Shown here: one piece after another, positions 40,279-53,042 of the stretch
Layout of the letters: each line of letters starts with the position of its first letter
How positions within the stretch are numbered: position 1 is the first letter of the stretch
From: Camelus ferus
Taxonomy: Eukaryota
Reading direction: 5' to 3'
Assembly (NCBI RefSeq): GCF_009834535.1
Contig: NC_045696.1
Coordinates: 37,884,001 to 37,948,000 of the forward strand
DNA: 64,000 nt
Made by a program: the position numbers and the translations under genes
Notes under the pieces: model-generated
Databases searched by the model: none
What the model was told of the DNA's origin: nothing
Seen by the model: the letters and a program-made list of their open reading frames with translations, nothing else

Positions 40279-40725
40279 TTTCTTGGCTGACGGTCAGTTC
40301 CAGAGTTAAAATCCTTCTCACCAATGTCATTGCCTCTTCATCTAAAACCACTGCTTCTCTCACATGCTTTCTATGAAAAGAGTAAGACTTCAGCATAATT
40401 CTCACTATTATCACTGAGCAAGAAGTTATATAAACTTTAGCACCCTGATCTGGCCCAGCGCTACTCACAGAGACTGTATGTTTACAGAAGTACTGAATAA
40501 CAATACTATATCAGAGGGAATCTGGCTGACAAGAGAGGCTGGATCCCATAAACCAGATATGGTGAAGTAAAGCGCCCTGTGGTACACATTCAATATTGAG
40601 AAACAGGAGATAAGAAGGAGCCGGCAGATTATTTGCTGACTCTTCTGGCCCAGATGGATGTTCTGAGATCTCACCAGGTTGACAAATGTGACCAAGAAAA
40701 CAACTAAGTTTCTTATGAGGCTGGG
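40279..40725 (+). pseudogene. Candidate relic coding exon with 5' end lost
   Basis: Single frame with 7 stops and no frameshift needed: RSVPELKSFSPMSLPLHLKPLLLSHAFYEKSKTSA*FSLLSLSKKLYKL*HPDLAQRYSQRLYVYRSTE*QYYIRGNLADKRGWIP*TRYGEVKRPVVHIQY*ETGDKKEPADYLLTLLAQMDVLRSHQVDKCDQENN*VSYEAG. Donor G|gtgagt at 40726, phase 0. Confidence 0.5.
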
Positions 40726-41569
40726 GTGAGTTTAGCTTCACAACACTTTTTATTTGCTCTCTCTCCTAGCGTATAATACTTCTTTTTGTCAAACATTCTT
40801 GCTTCATTGGACTGCAACCAATAAAGATAAAACATGTAAACTTTGCCTGAAGCCAGTTTTTAGAGAACTTATGTGAAGAAGATAGTTTTCATTGCATTAT
40901 ATATTATAGTAATAGCCATATACTTGACAAATGCAAGAACAGTGCTTTAACTTTTATTTAGACCTTATTAATGATAAAAATATAGGCAATGTTACCTTCT
41001 TCTGAACCCTCACTTTTTAGTTTTTGCATCAAATCTCATTATTTATTGAAAGGCATAAGTTTTTCATCCATGATTAAATTTTATATTTAAATGGATTTTC
41101 TTATTTGAAAAATACAATATATGTCATCACTATTCATTTTATAATTTAAGACACAACACACTTTTTTCAGATTCTGAATTTCCTATATTTTATGCATTCT
41201 TAATGTGAAAAAATATTAATGTAAAATTTTAAACAGATTCCAAATCAAATTTATTTCAATGATATATTATACTGAGCCATTTAATATCTTGGATTATATT
41301 GAAATTTTTGCTTAGAATGACATTTTGGCTGGATATCTATTTTAAATTCAAATATTCTCATCTTCAATTTCTAAAGGTATCTCTTATTTTCTAATGTGCT
41401 TCTGTTGCATTTTGCTTGGTACATTTAATTAAATTCAACCATTTTTTACACATTTTCTAATGTTGCTCAGAGGATCTACTCTATCATCAATGAGTTTCAG
41501 CATTATTGTATTTACTCTCTTATTTCTAAGTTTTGTTAAATTTTCTAATTGTCGTCCCAATATAGTGAT

Positions 41570-41690
41570 TCATAAAAATGTAGTATCATTGGAACTATGA
41601 GACGCTAAATGAGATAATATATTGAAAGCACCTAGTACAAAGCCAAGCATACAATAAGCACTCAACAAATGTTAGATATTATCATTACTT
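41570..41690 (+). mobile_element. MIR 3' fragment
   Basis: taaatgagataatat..gaaagcacctagtaca..gcc..gcatacaataagcactcaacaaatgttag. Confidence 0.8.
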
Positions 41691-41710
41691 TTGTTTTTAC
41701 TATTACTATT

Positions 41711-42209
41711 TGTACTAGGCTGAAAAAATGGCCTCGCACAATAACAGGCACTAATCTCCAGAATCTGTGAGAATCTTTGTCCTGACTTTATACAACAAAA
41801 GAATTTATTAAATTAAAGATTTAAGAGGGGAGATTTTCCTGGATGACTTGGGTAGGCCCAAAATGCACAATCACATGTATCCTCATAAGGAAGGGCAGAG
41901 GGAGATTTCACACAGATGGAAGAGAAGATACACCAGAAGTGGAGTGGGCAATGTGACGATGGAGGCAGAGATTAGGATGATGCAGTCATAAATTAAGGAA
42001 TGATGGTAGCTACTAAAATAGCAAGAGGCAAGGAACAAACTTTCCTCTAGAGCTTCCAGAGGTCGCACAGCCCTAATGACACTTTGATTTTGACCCAATG
42101 ACACCGATTTCAGACTTGTGGCCTCTAGAATATGAGAGAGTAAGTTTCTGTTGTTTCATGCCATCAATTTTGCAGTACTTTGTTACTACATCCATAGGGC
42201 ACGAATACA
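41711..42209 (+). mobile_element. MLT1C/D-type MaLR solo LTR with perfect 5-bp TSD
   Basis: tgtactaggctgaa...gggcacgaataca. TSD ctatt at 41706-41710 and 42210-42214. Confidence 0.92.
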
Positions 42210-42910
42210 CTATTACAATTATTACAAATTATTTCAGGTGACAGGAAATATTCTATTTAAAATTTATCTCTGATAGAGAAACATTAAAATATAACAATAA
42301 ATGCATTATCTGTAATTCAACATGATAGTAGAAGTTCTTAAAACAGGAGATTTTCTTCTTTTAACTAAAAGAAATTAAAAAGGAGAGACACTACTTAGCT
42401 TTCTGTTTTACACATGTGGAATTAAAGAAGACTGAGTGTATTCAGTTTTTAGGACATATTTAGCAGTAGTGAAAGAAATCTAAACACCCTAAATTCATCA
42501 AGGTAATTTTTCCTCAATAGCTTAGATGCAGTCTCAGAATTCACACCACCGCACCCAAGAAAACCATCATGAAGTGATACAAATCAGCACATGTATTAAA
42601 TGTACTATCTTAAGCAAAAATTGTGAAATGAGAAAACAGAAAACTCTGGCTAGAGATCTGAGTTCTACTTCATTCTCACTTCACTAGTCTTACATTCTTA
42701 TTCTTTATGTTTCTGTTAGTTATCAAAATAAAAACTATAAAAAAATTTCCAGGAAAGATACAGCATCAAAGTATTGTTTTGTTGAATGTTTGGGACTATC
42801 CTTCTGGCATTTCCTGAATATCTTGGCTAAATACACATTTCTAGGGAAATGATATCCTCCTCTGAAATTCAAATATTATTATCATTATTTCTAATGTTAG
42901 TAACTGTGAT

Positions 42911-43107
42911 ACAAACAACAAGTTTATACTGTGTAGCACAGGGAACTATATTTAATATCTTGTAGTAACTTATAATGAAAAAAGAACATGAAAACAAATA
43001 TATGTATGTATATGTAGAACTGAAACATTATGTTGTACACCAGAGATTGACACAACACTGTAAACTGACTATACTTCAATTTAAAAAAATAGCAAAAAAA
43101 AAAAAAA
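42911..43107 (+). mobile_element. Lineage-specific L1 3' tail
   Basis: aagtttatactgtgtagcacagggaactata...gtaaactgactatacttcaa followed by an A-tail. Confidence 0.92.
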
Positions 43108-43689
43108 TTGCAGAAACTTAACTATTCAGCCTGAATTTTTTTCTTCTTTATGAACTATATTTGCCTTAAAAAAAATGTCTGCCGATTGGGTTGACTATTG
43201 TATATATTGCCTTAATTATTGAAGATGTAAATAAAATAAACCAAATACTCTGTGTATCACATGGATATATGACACTGGAAGCCCTAAATCTAAAATGGTT
43301 ATATAAAACTGAATATAATGGAAGGCAGAATTTTAGGTAAAATCTGTTATATTTTGTCCTATAACCATTTGGTCACAAAAATACTATAGTGACTAAGAGT
43401 CTGGATTCTGGAGCTAGCTTCTCTCCGTTTTTATTACACTTCCGCCAGTTACTAATTATGTCTTAATTTTCTCTATATTTATTGGGATATTTAATATAAT
43501 TAAAGCACATATTGATGGAAAACATAAAAATTGTTCAGTAATCTTTTTTAAAAGTATTATACCAAGATTGAATTTCTAGGAAAAAAATTTTAATGCCCAG
43601 AAGAGTCACTTTTGTCAATGCAGTACAGAACTAAGATACGGCACAGTTGCTTGCAAGAGTTTGAGGGGCTGGAGAAGCAAGCCCACTGG

Positions 43690-45125
43690 GTCATAGCATA
43701 TTATTTTTGCCTATCTTGTTTAATTTATTGATATTTTTAAAGGATTTCTATGCCAATAATCATGAGAATTACTGGTCTGTAATTTTATTTTTTAATGGTC
43801 TTGTAAGATTTTTCTATTATGGGTTATGCTAACTTTATAAATTGAGTTGGAAAATATTCCCTCCTTTTCTACTTGGAGGAAAAAAAGAGTATGTAAGATT
43901 AATGTCATTTCTTACTAGAATGCATTTATCAGTGAAACCCTCTAGACCTAAAGTTTTCTTATGGAAAGGTTTTTAATAATAAATTCAATTAATTCAACAT
44001 ATAGATCTATTCAGATTTTGTTTTCTTAAATAACTTCTTACAAAACTTTTTTTACAAATTATATTCTCAACAAACTTAGACAGTTTAAGTTTTCAAAATG
44101 TGTTGGCATAAAGTTCTTTATAGTATTTTCTCTTCATTTTAGTGTCTGTAGGATCTTTGTTGACAATTCCTTTATTTTATTTCTGCTATTGTTGATTTGG
44201 GTACTCTGTTTTTCACAGCAGTGTGGGGAAAGATTGTCAATATTGTTGCTATTTTAGAAGAACTAGGTTTTGGCTTTGTGAATTTTCTCTATTTTCAGTC
44301 TTTTATCTGTTTCATTGGTTTCTTGTACCTTCATTGTTTTCTTCCTTCTGTCTAATTTTGTATTACTTTTCTTTCTCTTTTATTGTATTTTAAAATGGAA
44401 ACTCAAGTCATTGATTTTCGAATATTCTTTGCTCTAGTACAGTTATTTTTAACTATATTTTTTCCTCTAAGCCTGTTTTACTTGCATCCTAACAAATTTT
44501 CATAAATTATAATTCAACTCACATACTAGCTCTTAATATATAATATACATTATATAGCTTTGTACTTTATGAAATCGGTCACTTCTGTTTCCCTTCCAGC
44601 TTTCCACAAGGAATTTATCTTTCCTTTGCCACATTGGCCCTGTCCTGCTCAATTTGGATTCTACCTCCTGTATTAGCTCCACAGTGTGGAGCTTTGCCTT
44701 GGCAGGGGGTTAAGTTTGTTAATTTAAAGAGTTTATAGGGCTCAACTGCACCAGCCCTCTAAGTCCTGCGTTACTCATGAAATTAATTTTGAATAACTCT
44801 CTCTGGTTCCCATTGCTTTCTGGTTCCCATTGTTCTTTCAGACTGATTCAATCAATTGTTCAGTACCTGGAGTTTCAGCAGAAGCTAAGTTTAATTCCTG
44901 TGCTTCTTCCCATACGGACACAACGTGTAGCTGCCAGTGGTTTATCCCCACTCACTTGTGTTTATGAGTCAGTAGAGATATTCTGCCACCAAGGTTTTCA
45001 ACAGATACTGCCTATGGGATTTTCAGTTTTATTATCCTAGTGGTTTTGTCTGTTTTTATTGGAGAATTTGAGGAGATAAAAAGGAGTGATAACTATAATC
45101 ATGCCATCACCATCTTCTCTTAACA
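43690..45125 (-). mobile_element. Old L1 ORF2 and 5'-region fragments
   Basis: Antisense motifs tcagtgaaaccctctagaccta and agaactaggttttggctttg, with terminal gccatcaccatcttc. Confidence 0.65.
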
Positions 45126-46040
45126 CTCTCTTCTTGTAATTCTTTTTATTCCCATTTTATATAACTGACTTTTATACATCCATGAATTATTCTATAAATT
45201 ATCTTATAATCTATGGATATTAAAAATATATATTTTAATAAGCACTAGAGGAAAATTATAATCATTAGAATTAGTAGTCATTGGGTAATATATTAATTTC
45301 TAATCTTCCCTAAGGTTATGAGGCACATATTTAATAAACTTATTGTATTCCAGTTTCTTTTGAAAATAAAATCTAGATGCCAGATGTATAAAATTCCTAC
45401 ACTGTAAGCTTTATTTTATACAAGAAGCTTGATGGGACTTTTCAGGGAATTTTCCAGGTAAACCATAACATTGATTTGGTAACAAATATACAGCACAGAA
45501 TAATGTCTGAAACCAATACCTACTCATTTCAATTCAGCATAAAATCAGTTGGATCAGTGATGATGCAAAATAAATATACTGTGAAAACAAAATGGTTTCC
45601 CTGTTTTGGGTCTTAACTGCCTTTGGGGTTTTACATGTTTTGCTAAATTGAAATTTTATACACTAAGAATAACTGTGATAGCTCTGTGGCTTCCTAATCC
45701 CACGCTTTTCTGATAGCATCCTTTCTAGAATAGAAAAAAAGAGAGAAGCTAATTGTTTAAACTCTGAAAAATGCTTTTTTTTTAACTCAATGAAGCACAA
45801 AGATAAATAGTGTATTACTAAAGGGAATTTAACTCTATTTACAACTGCTTGTAATGTGAAATTGGTTGTTTGTGATCTCTAAAGGCTTGCTTTCTTTTCA
45901 AAACATTGTATGTGCCTTGCTTTATGAGAGAAAAAAATGGAAATGTAAAAAAGGATTTGGATTAAGGGATATTCTTTTACTTTAACAATTTTTTAAATGG
46001 TTCTGTTTCCTTTTTTTTTTTTTTTTTTTTTTGGTGTTTT

Positions 46041-46686
46041 TCAGACAGAAAGGGGGCAGGGCATAGCCATTCAAGGAATAACACAGCAATTAACATCAGA
46101 ATGGTGAAATGGTGAAAGATTCAACTCCCAGTAGGCCTTGAGGTTCAAGATGGTGGGAGATTTGAGTTCTAGTAGACCTCGAGCTTCATTATACACCCAT
46201 TGCATGGTGAATAACATGCCCACAGGTGCCATGACAGTCCCAAGGCTAGCCACAAAAGGTCAAAGAATGGGAAATGGCCAACTTCCAGGGAATCCCAGCC
46301 CCTTCCCCAGGCTAAGTTAGACTGGTCCTTCCACTTATTAGCATATGAAGCCTCTGAGCCCATAAAAACTGGCAAAATGGCGCCTCGTGGCCATGCTCTC
46401 TCTCTCTCTCTCTCTACCTCCCCCCCTTCAGAGATGGCCCGCACTCTATGGACTGTGTACCTACTTTTACTCTAATCTGAGCACCCAACCCCCACACATC
46501 GTGGCCTTTCTCTTGCCTTTCAATGTATCTCCCTAAATAAATCTATCTTTACTCAATTGTGGCTCACTCTTGAATTCTTTCCTGTGCGAAGCCAAGGACT
46601 CACACTTTGTGGCGCACGTCCCAAGGGCTCAACCGAAGCCTGGGACGTGGCCCTCCTCACACCCCAGATCCATTTTTCCTGAATCA
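46041..46686 (+). mobile_element. ERV1-type solo LTR, relatively young with CpGs retained
   Basis: t(c)agacagaaagggggc...ttcctgaatca. TATA-like cataaaaa near 46361 and AATAAA at 46535. U5 ctcttgaattctttcctgtgcgaagccaagga. 4-bp TSD tttt. Confidence 0.88.
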
Positions 46687-49600
46687 TTTTGGGTTTATGA
46701 AAAACTTAACTGATGGCTTCTCAAATATGATATACTGTAGTATATTTATACCATGGTTTTTTGCTATTTTATTTATCATCCATGATACTCATTCTATTTA
46801 ATGGTTTATTATAACACATTTTTTATTTTGTTTCTTTTTCCATGTACATTTTGAAATTTTCAACTAGGAATATAGAATCTCTTTGAAATCATTATGTAGG
46901 TTTATCACAGCCCTCTAGCCTCTAAACATAGCTCTTGACATCGTTCATAACATATATTATATTTTATATGGATTTTATCATTCAGAAAAACATGTAATGT
47001 GTTTGTAAATAATATGAATTATATAAATAACTGAAATATGTTTTGAAGTATTAATTTTACTATAAAACTAGAATGATTTAACTAGAGTACATATGCACAT
47101 TTTCTATGAATTCTAAGTTGGTGATATGTATACTTAATATACCATGGAGATAAGAAGTCAATAAATTGTATCTGTTTAACCATTTGTACATTTATATTTC
47201 ATCAAGTGCTACATTATATGTAATTTCTACTAGGCTATATTGCACTATTTTGTTATTGTTCTTACAAGTCATAGTTCCTTGAAGAAAATATTTTCCATAA
47301 TCCTTTATTGTCCAATATTTACTATGAGAGAAATTCAAATATATGAAAAGTTGATACAAAATATCAATTGATATTTTATACATACACATGCAATAACTAT
47401 CAGGTTTATATTTGTATATACATAGGTTGACCCATTTGAAGTAAGTTCCAGAGCCAAGATATCAATACAGTGAATTGGCATCTGGCCATGCTTGAATAAC
47501 CAGCATCTCCTATATACAAGGTTTTATGCTGGGCACAACATAAAACTACTGAAAATCAGTGATAGCATCTTGCATATATCCACAGTCAACAGGTACATTA
47601 CATACAGGTAAACACTGATTTGAACGAGTGACTTCCTACAGAAGCAATACTGACATGAAGATTCATATGATCCATAAGGAGCTAATTTTTATATGATTCA
47701 AAGAAATAGTAGAAGTTTCTTAAACAAATTTGTCTACTTCTGTCACTGATAATTCATATAGTTCAATCTAGGTCATCTCTCAGTATGCCTCTGTTAACTT
47801 TTCTTTCTTAACAATGGGTCATATTATCTTGTATTGCTTCTTGATTTTTGATTATATGCTAGATATCTTCTTTAAAAAATTCATTTGCAATTAGAAATGT
47901 ACTCATAATATGATACACAAGGGAATAAAAATAATAAATTAAATTATGCCTAATTATAATCTCTTCATTAACTATCCAAATTCTAATGTTTGATTAAAAA
48001 TTATAATAATTCATACACAGAACTCCATTTCTTCTGTTTCCTGTACCATGTATATTTGCTAGAGTTCATCTATTTCATATGTTAAAATTTACAAAGAACT
48101 GCTGTGTTCTTGTTTCATAAATACCCACTTTACAGTGGAACTGAATATACCAAAATCAACATATATATATTGGAGAAAATACATAATAATATATACTTGT
48201 AGCCTTTAGTTGGGACAAGTATATGCATCAACTTATGTGAACCATCAATTTGAGTTCATTTCCAGTTGCAAGAATTCATTATATCGGTATTCAGAAAGAG
48301 CCATTCAAATGTCAAATTCTCTTAAATTCAGAAGCTGAATAGCTCCTGAGAGATCTGACAGAGTGGGTGAAAGAGAAAAACAAAATTAAACAGATACACA
48401 CACAAAAAAGTCACAGAGAGTTAGCCTACAAATCTTACAGGAAACAAAGTCTAGGTCACTGAATAAATATACATATATTTTTTAAGGATACTAAGTAGTA
48501 TTTAATCAGTGGTTGTCACAAATGACAATGATAAGGAACGCATGCATTACCTAAAGAGTACATTAATTCTCCCTGATGAATCCGTACTAATATATATATT
48601 CGTACTAATTTTGATTAAGATGTAAATTGTAGAAAAATGACTAAATTTTCAATCTTGAATAAAGTTGTCAAACTAATAGAAATTAAAAATAACAGCTATA
48701 ATGAGAAAACAAAGCTAAGTAGAGAATCAACTATAATTCTATTTATTAAGCTGAATCTGTTAGAGAAAACCATTTATTTAAAAATAAACAGATGTGGAAA
48801 TGAAAACTCAACAAACCTAATGGGACCAAAAACACTTAAGGGTTAGTCATGTCTACACTGGCAATTATTTCAAGACATGTTTTATTGCTACTGCAGCAGT
48901 TTTCACGTTAAAAAGTGACTTATTTATTCTTTTGTAATGCAATTTGAAACACCAGGATTAAATCTTCTTCCACTGAGCAATAAAGCTGATTAACCAATCA
49001 TTTCAATAATAAACATAAGATATGGAGATTTCTTGAATGTAATCTAAATGTGTGGAAAAGTTTTAGTATCTGTAGAAATGATTGGTACATTTTAATTGTA
49101 AAAGATCAAGGAGCCAAAGCCTTGAACAAGTCTGGTAGAAGTTCAGGGAATAATATGTGTGATGCAAGAGCTGGGTTTCACCTGGTCAATCAAATAGATG
49201 CATTTATAAATGTTATCATACTATGACACTGAAGAATACAATTTAACTGGAAATCAGAATTAAGAAAAGGAAAATAGAATCAAGCTAGATTTTGAATCTG
49301 AATTATACCTTGTTCATTTTTCTCTTTAAAATAATTAAGAAGTTATTTTAAGTTAAAGAAACTATTAAATTGAAAAATCAGCCATTGAGGATGAACAGTT
49401 TCCCATCAACAGAAGACTGCACTTTGTCTATTCCAGAGATCTGATCTGGGGTGTGTTTGGGTGTCCAGATCTAAGGACTGCACTATAAATATAGAGCTAG
49501 GAGGCGGTAGGGTTTGAAGAAAGATACAGCTACCACCAGTGCAGAAAAAGTATGACTGAAAAACAAAATGGGAAGAAGTGTCAAAATCAAAAAGAGAACT

Positions 49601-49769
49601 AGATAAGATATAATAAAAAGTAACTTTGAAACATTCGACTTAAGTCAGTATATAGGCTTATATAGAACACTTAATTCAGTATATAAACTAGTGAGGTAAG
49701 TGTTCCCAGTATATAGACTCTGCTGAGAACCACAGACTTGCAAGATCCTGGGAAGTTCTTTCTGTAACA

Positions 49770-50700
49770 TTCCCTTCCTGTATTTTCAAGGGCAGCTGTG
49801 TAACATTTTCTCCCTCTCTTCCTCTCTCCTTTTTTCCTGTTCTCCCTCTATTCCTCACCTCTGCTTTCATCATCACATCTCCTTCTCTGACTCTGACTCT
49901 CCAGCGTTCCTCATTTTTTAGAAGGATCCTTATGATTACTTTGGACCACCCAGATAATCTAGATAATGTCCCCATATCAAGATCCTTAATTTAATCACAT
50001 TTTCAAAGTTTTTTTTTTTTTTTTAAATAATTGGAAACTACCATATTCACAGTTTCCAGTATTAGAGCTGGCACTGAGCAAACTTGAGCAGAGAAGGGTG
50101 GGGACATGGGCCATGTGGCAGGAAACCATACATCTTGAGATGACAGGGCCCAGAGGGCCTAAAGGGCAAACAAAGAAAAGCAGGAGACTCTGGGCTGGCA
50201 AGAAACCATATGTCTTGTGAATGACAGGGATCCTAGAGGCAAACAAGAAAGGCAACAAGAGGCAAGAAATCTTTAGCATTCAAATGTAACATTTTGCACA
50301 TTATGCCCTCACTGCAATAAAATTAGCCTTGCAAACAAGAAGGACCCATGCTGCACTGACTCCATGACAATTCAGATCAAGACCAAATAAGGACAAAAAT
50401 CCCTCCTCCCCTCTGGAAGATGAAGTTGAAATGAAAATCAGGAAATACAACCCAACCCCCACCCTCATCAGTGAATATTGTTCCCAATCATTTTCACACT
50501 CCATATAACCAGCTTGCCAAAGGAACTCAGGGCAGCTGCTCACATGAGCCTACTCGCTTTCCCTCCAGAAAGTGTACTATCACTTAATAAATCCTCAATC
50601 GCCTCTGAATTCTGTCTGTGACAAAATAGGAACCTACTCTCTGGTAACACCAAGAATTACGATATGAACATCTTAGGGAGTTATTATTCAGCCTATCACA
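49770..50700 (-). mobile_element. MLT1D-type MaLR LTR split by a younger LTR
   Basis: ccacccagataatctagataatgtccccatatcaagatccttaatttaatcaca...atattcacagtttccag, then the insert, then gaacatcttagggagttattattcagcctatcaca. Confidence 0.85.
50060..50649 (+). mobile_element. ERV1-type solo LTR inserted into MLT1D
   Basis: t(a)ttagagct...ctggtaaca. TATA-like catataa near 50502 and AATAAA at 50586. TSD ccag/ccaa. Confidence 0.82.
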
Positions 50701-50729
50701 AGGTTTCTACAGGACATTTCCTGAATTTC

Positions 50730-51100
50730 CCCTCTTCTTCTTACATTTTCCAAGTCCAATATACTATCACCTTTTCCTGGAATAACTTCCTGACTGGTTT
50801 CTAATTATCATTATTCGCTCTTCCAGTGCATTTCCCAGTTAGTGACCAAAATTGGTCTCGTTAAAGAAAAATAAGATCACTAATCCATCTTAAAACAATT
50901 AACAGCTTTCTGTTGCATTTAGTATAAATTTCATAATCTTTAATGTGGCCTTGCATAATCTGACTCCAGCATAAAATCTCATACTTTATCTAATGCTTCT
51001 GCTTACTTAATCACTATAAAACAGATAACTGCCTTCCATTTAGTGAAACTCATTATGTATCTTTGCATTTTCTTTTACTCTGCAATGCTTTCCCATGAAT
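50730..51100 (+). mobile_element. L2 LINE fragment
   Basis: cttcctgactggtttc...agatcac...cttaaaac...gctttctgttgcatttagtataaat...tgtggccttgcataatctgactcc. Confidence 0.7.
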
Positions 51101-51693
51101 CTTTCTAACACAATGTGATACAAGGTCTGCATTATAAAATAATATAAACTTAAAAGGGATATATCATCCAGGAGATTTATAATTCTTGAATTGTACAGTA
51201 CTTTGAAAAGAGCTACAAATATTTTCAGTATTTCTTCTTTAAGTTCACAAATTTCAGTGCAAACATAAATCTTCTATAGCAATACTTTGTCTTCCATTTT
51301 AATATATAAACAGATCATCTTCAGTTGCTTTCAGATTAATTCTCTTCCCTTACTTTCAGTGTTTTATGGTGCTAATGAATTTTTCTCCTGCCTTCTTTGT
51401 AAACTATCTTCCAGTTCTATTCAGCCAGCAGGAAGTCCTGGTGGATGACTGGAGAACAAGAGGAAGAAAGAAGCTAAGATATTCTCACTCACTGAATTGG
51501 GTAGCATGTTTGGCATAGACTAAGTCTTCTCTGTGACTCTAGTTTCTGATACTCAAGACATCCATCAAAGGTCCAGCTACTGTCAGGCCAGGTTTCCAAA
51601 TTCAGTGTGTATCCCCAGCTCCCGGTCTCTGTTGACACTAAATGCTCCCTTTGCTCTTCTAGTAATACGGATGAAGATAGCTTCTTTACTAAT

Positions 51694-52675
51694 AGTAAAA
51701 GTCATGGTTCTCCAAAGAAACAAAACCAACAGGTTACATATACAAAGATCAATTGATATGCATATATAAGGAGATATATATATATGATGCATAGATACAT
51801 ACATTCCATATATATGTGTGTGTGTATGTATTCGTGTGTCAACTGAAGAAAAATGTACACCCTAAATGTTGTGAGTTAAGTTCTATTCAGGGATCTTATT
51901 GAGGACTATAGCCTTGGAGACAGCCTCTCAGACAGCTCTGAGGACAACCCTGGAGAGGTAAGGGAGGAGCCAGGATATATGTGGTGCTTTTTTTTTTTTT
52001 TTTCTGAGAAAAAATATGTAGTCGAATATCAAAAGATTACTGCTAATCACAAAGAACACACATCTCAACTGAAAGATTTTAGTACTTTTCTTCTTGTATG
52101 GGAAGATGTAAGAGTCTGGGCTCATTTAAATTATTCCTTAGTTATGTGTCTTCACTATCTAGGACCATTACCTAAAGCACACAGTGCTTCCTGTATTTTT
52201 TTTTTTTTTCCATCCTTATAAAGGCTGTCCCAAGATCTGCAGGGTGATTTGGCAAGCTGGATGCCCAGAAGAACCAATGGTGTAGTTTTAGTCTGAGTCC
52301 AAAGCCTGAGAACCAGGAGAGCTGATGTATTCTTCAGACCGGAAATACTGAAGAATGGAGGCTCAAAATCCAGGAAGAGCTGTGTTTCAATTTGAGGCCA
52401 AAGGCGGGAAAAAAACTGATATTCTACTCAAAGGCTATCGGGCAGGAAGAATTCACTCTTACTCAGAGTAAGGCCAGACTTTCTGCTCTATTCAGATCTT
52501 CAACTGATTGTATGAGGCCTGTTCACATTAGGCAGGGCAATCCGCTTTACTCATCTATCAATTTAAATGCTAATCTCAAACAAAAACCTCCTGATAGAAA
52601 CACCTAGAATGATGTTTGACCAAATCTGAGTATCCTGTGGCTTAGTCAAGCTGACACATAAAATTAACCATCACA
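51694..52675 (-). mobile_element. MLT2-type ERVL LTR, itself interrupted
   Basis: agtcatggttctccaaagaaacaaaaccaacagg...caagctgacacataaaattaaccatcaca. 5-bp TSD ctaat/ctgat. Confidence 0.88.
51837..52217 (-). mobile_element. Truncated cetartiodactyl ERV1-type LTR inside MLT2
   Basis: tgtcaactgaagaaaa...gaggactatagcct.ggagacagcctctcagacagctctgagga...aaaagattactgctaatcacaaaga. Confidence 0.78.
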
Positions 52676-53011
52676 CTGATGTTGCTAATTTCTGGGTCCC
52701 CTCACTGCATACTCTTCATGTTTTCAGGTCTTCCTTCAAGTAAAATGATGGTGATGATGATAATAATAATAATAATCAACAACTACAACAACAATCTGAT
52801 TTAATCCTTTTTTACATACATAGCGTACTCTCCATTTTCCTGAATGGATCTTGACTGCTGTAACATGTCTCCTTTTTGAATGGGTAATTTTTCCTTCCTT
52901 ATGTTTTAATTACCACCAGTATCAATATTTACTACAATTTACTCACCTTTTTAAAAACGACCCATAATTTGTAAATAGGTGTTTAAACATTATTTTTACT
53001 CCTCTTCCCAG

Positions 53012-53042
<31 letters not shown>

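Larger units (their letters stand above)
51390..52865 (+). mobile_element. LTR33-type ERVL LTR split by MLT2
   Basis: ttccagtt..ttcagcca..aggaagtcctggtggatgactggagaacaagagga. Resumes after MLT2 with gttgctaatttctgggt...ttcctgaatggatcttgactg. Confidence 0.6.

Noticed and set aside
44802..44836. Short direct repeats (also 17825-17854, 32666-32686, 59059-59097) as CRISPR-like or regulatory arrays
   Set aside because: Only two copies each, with no spacer series. These are ordinary slippage duplications.
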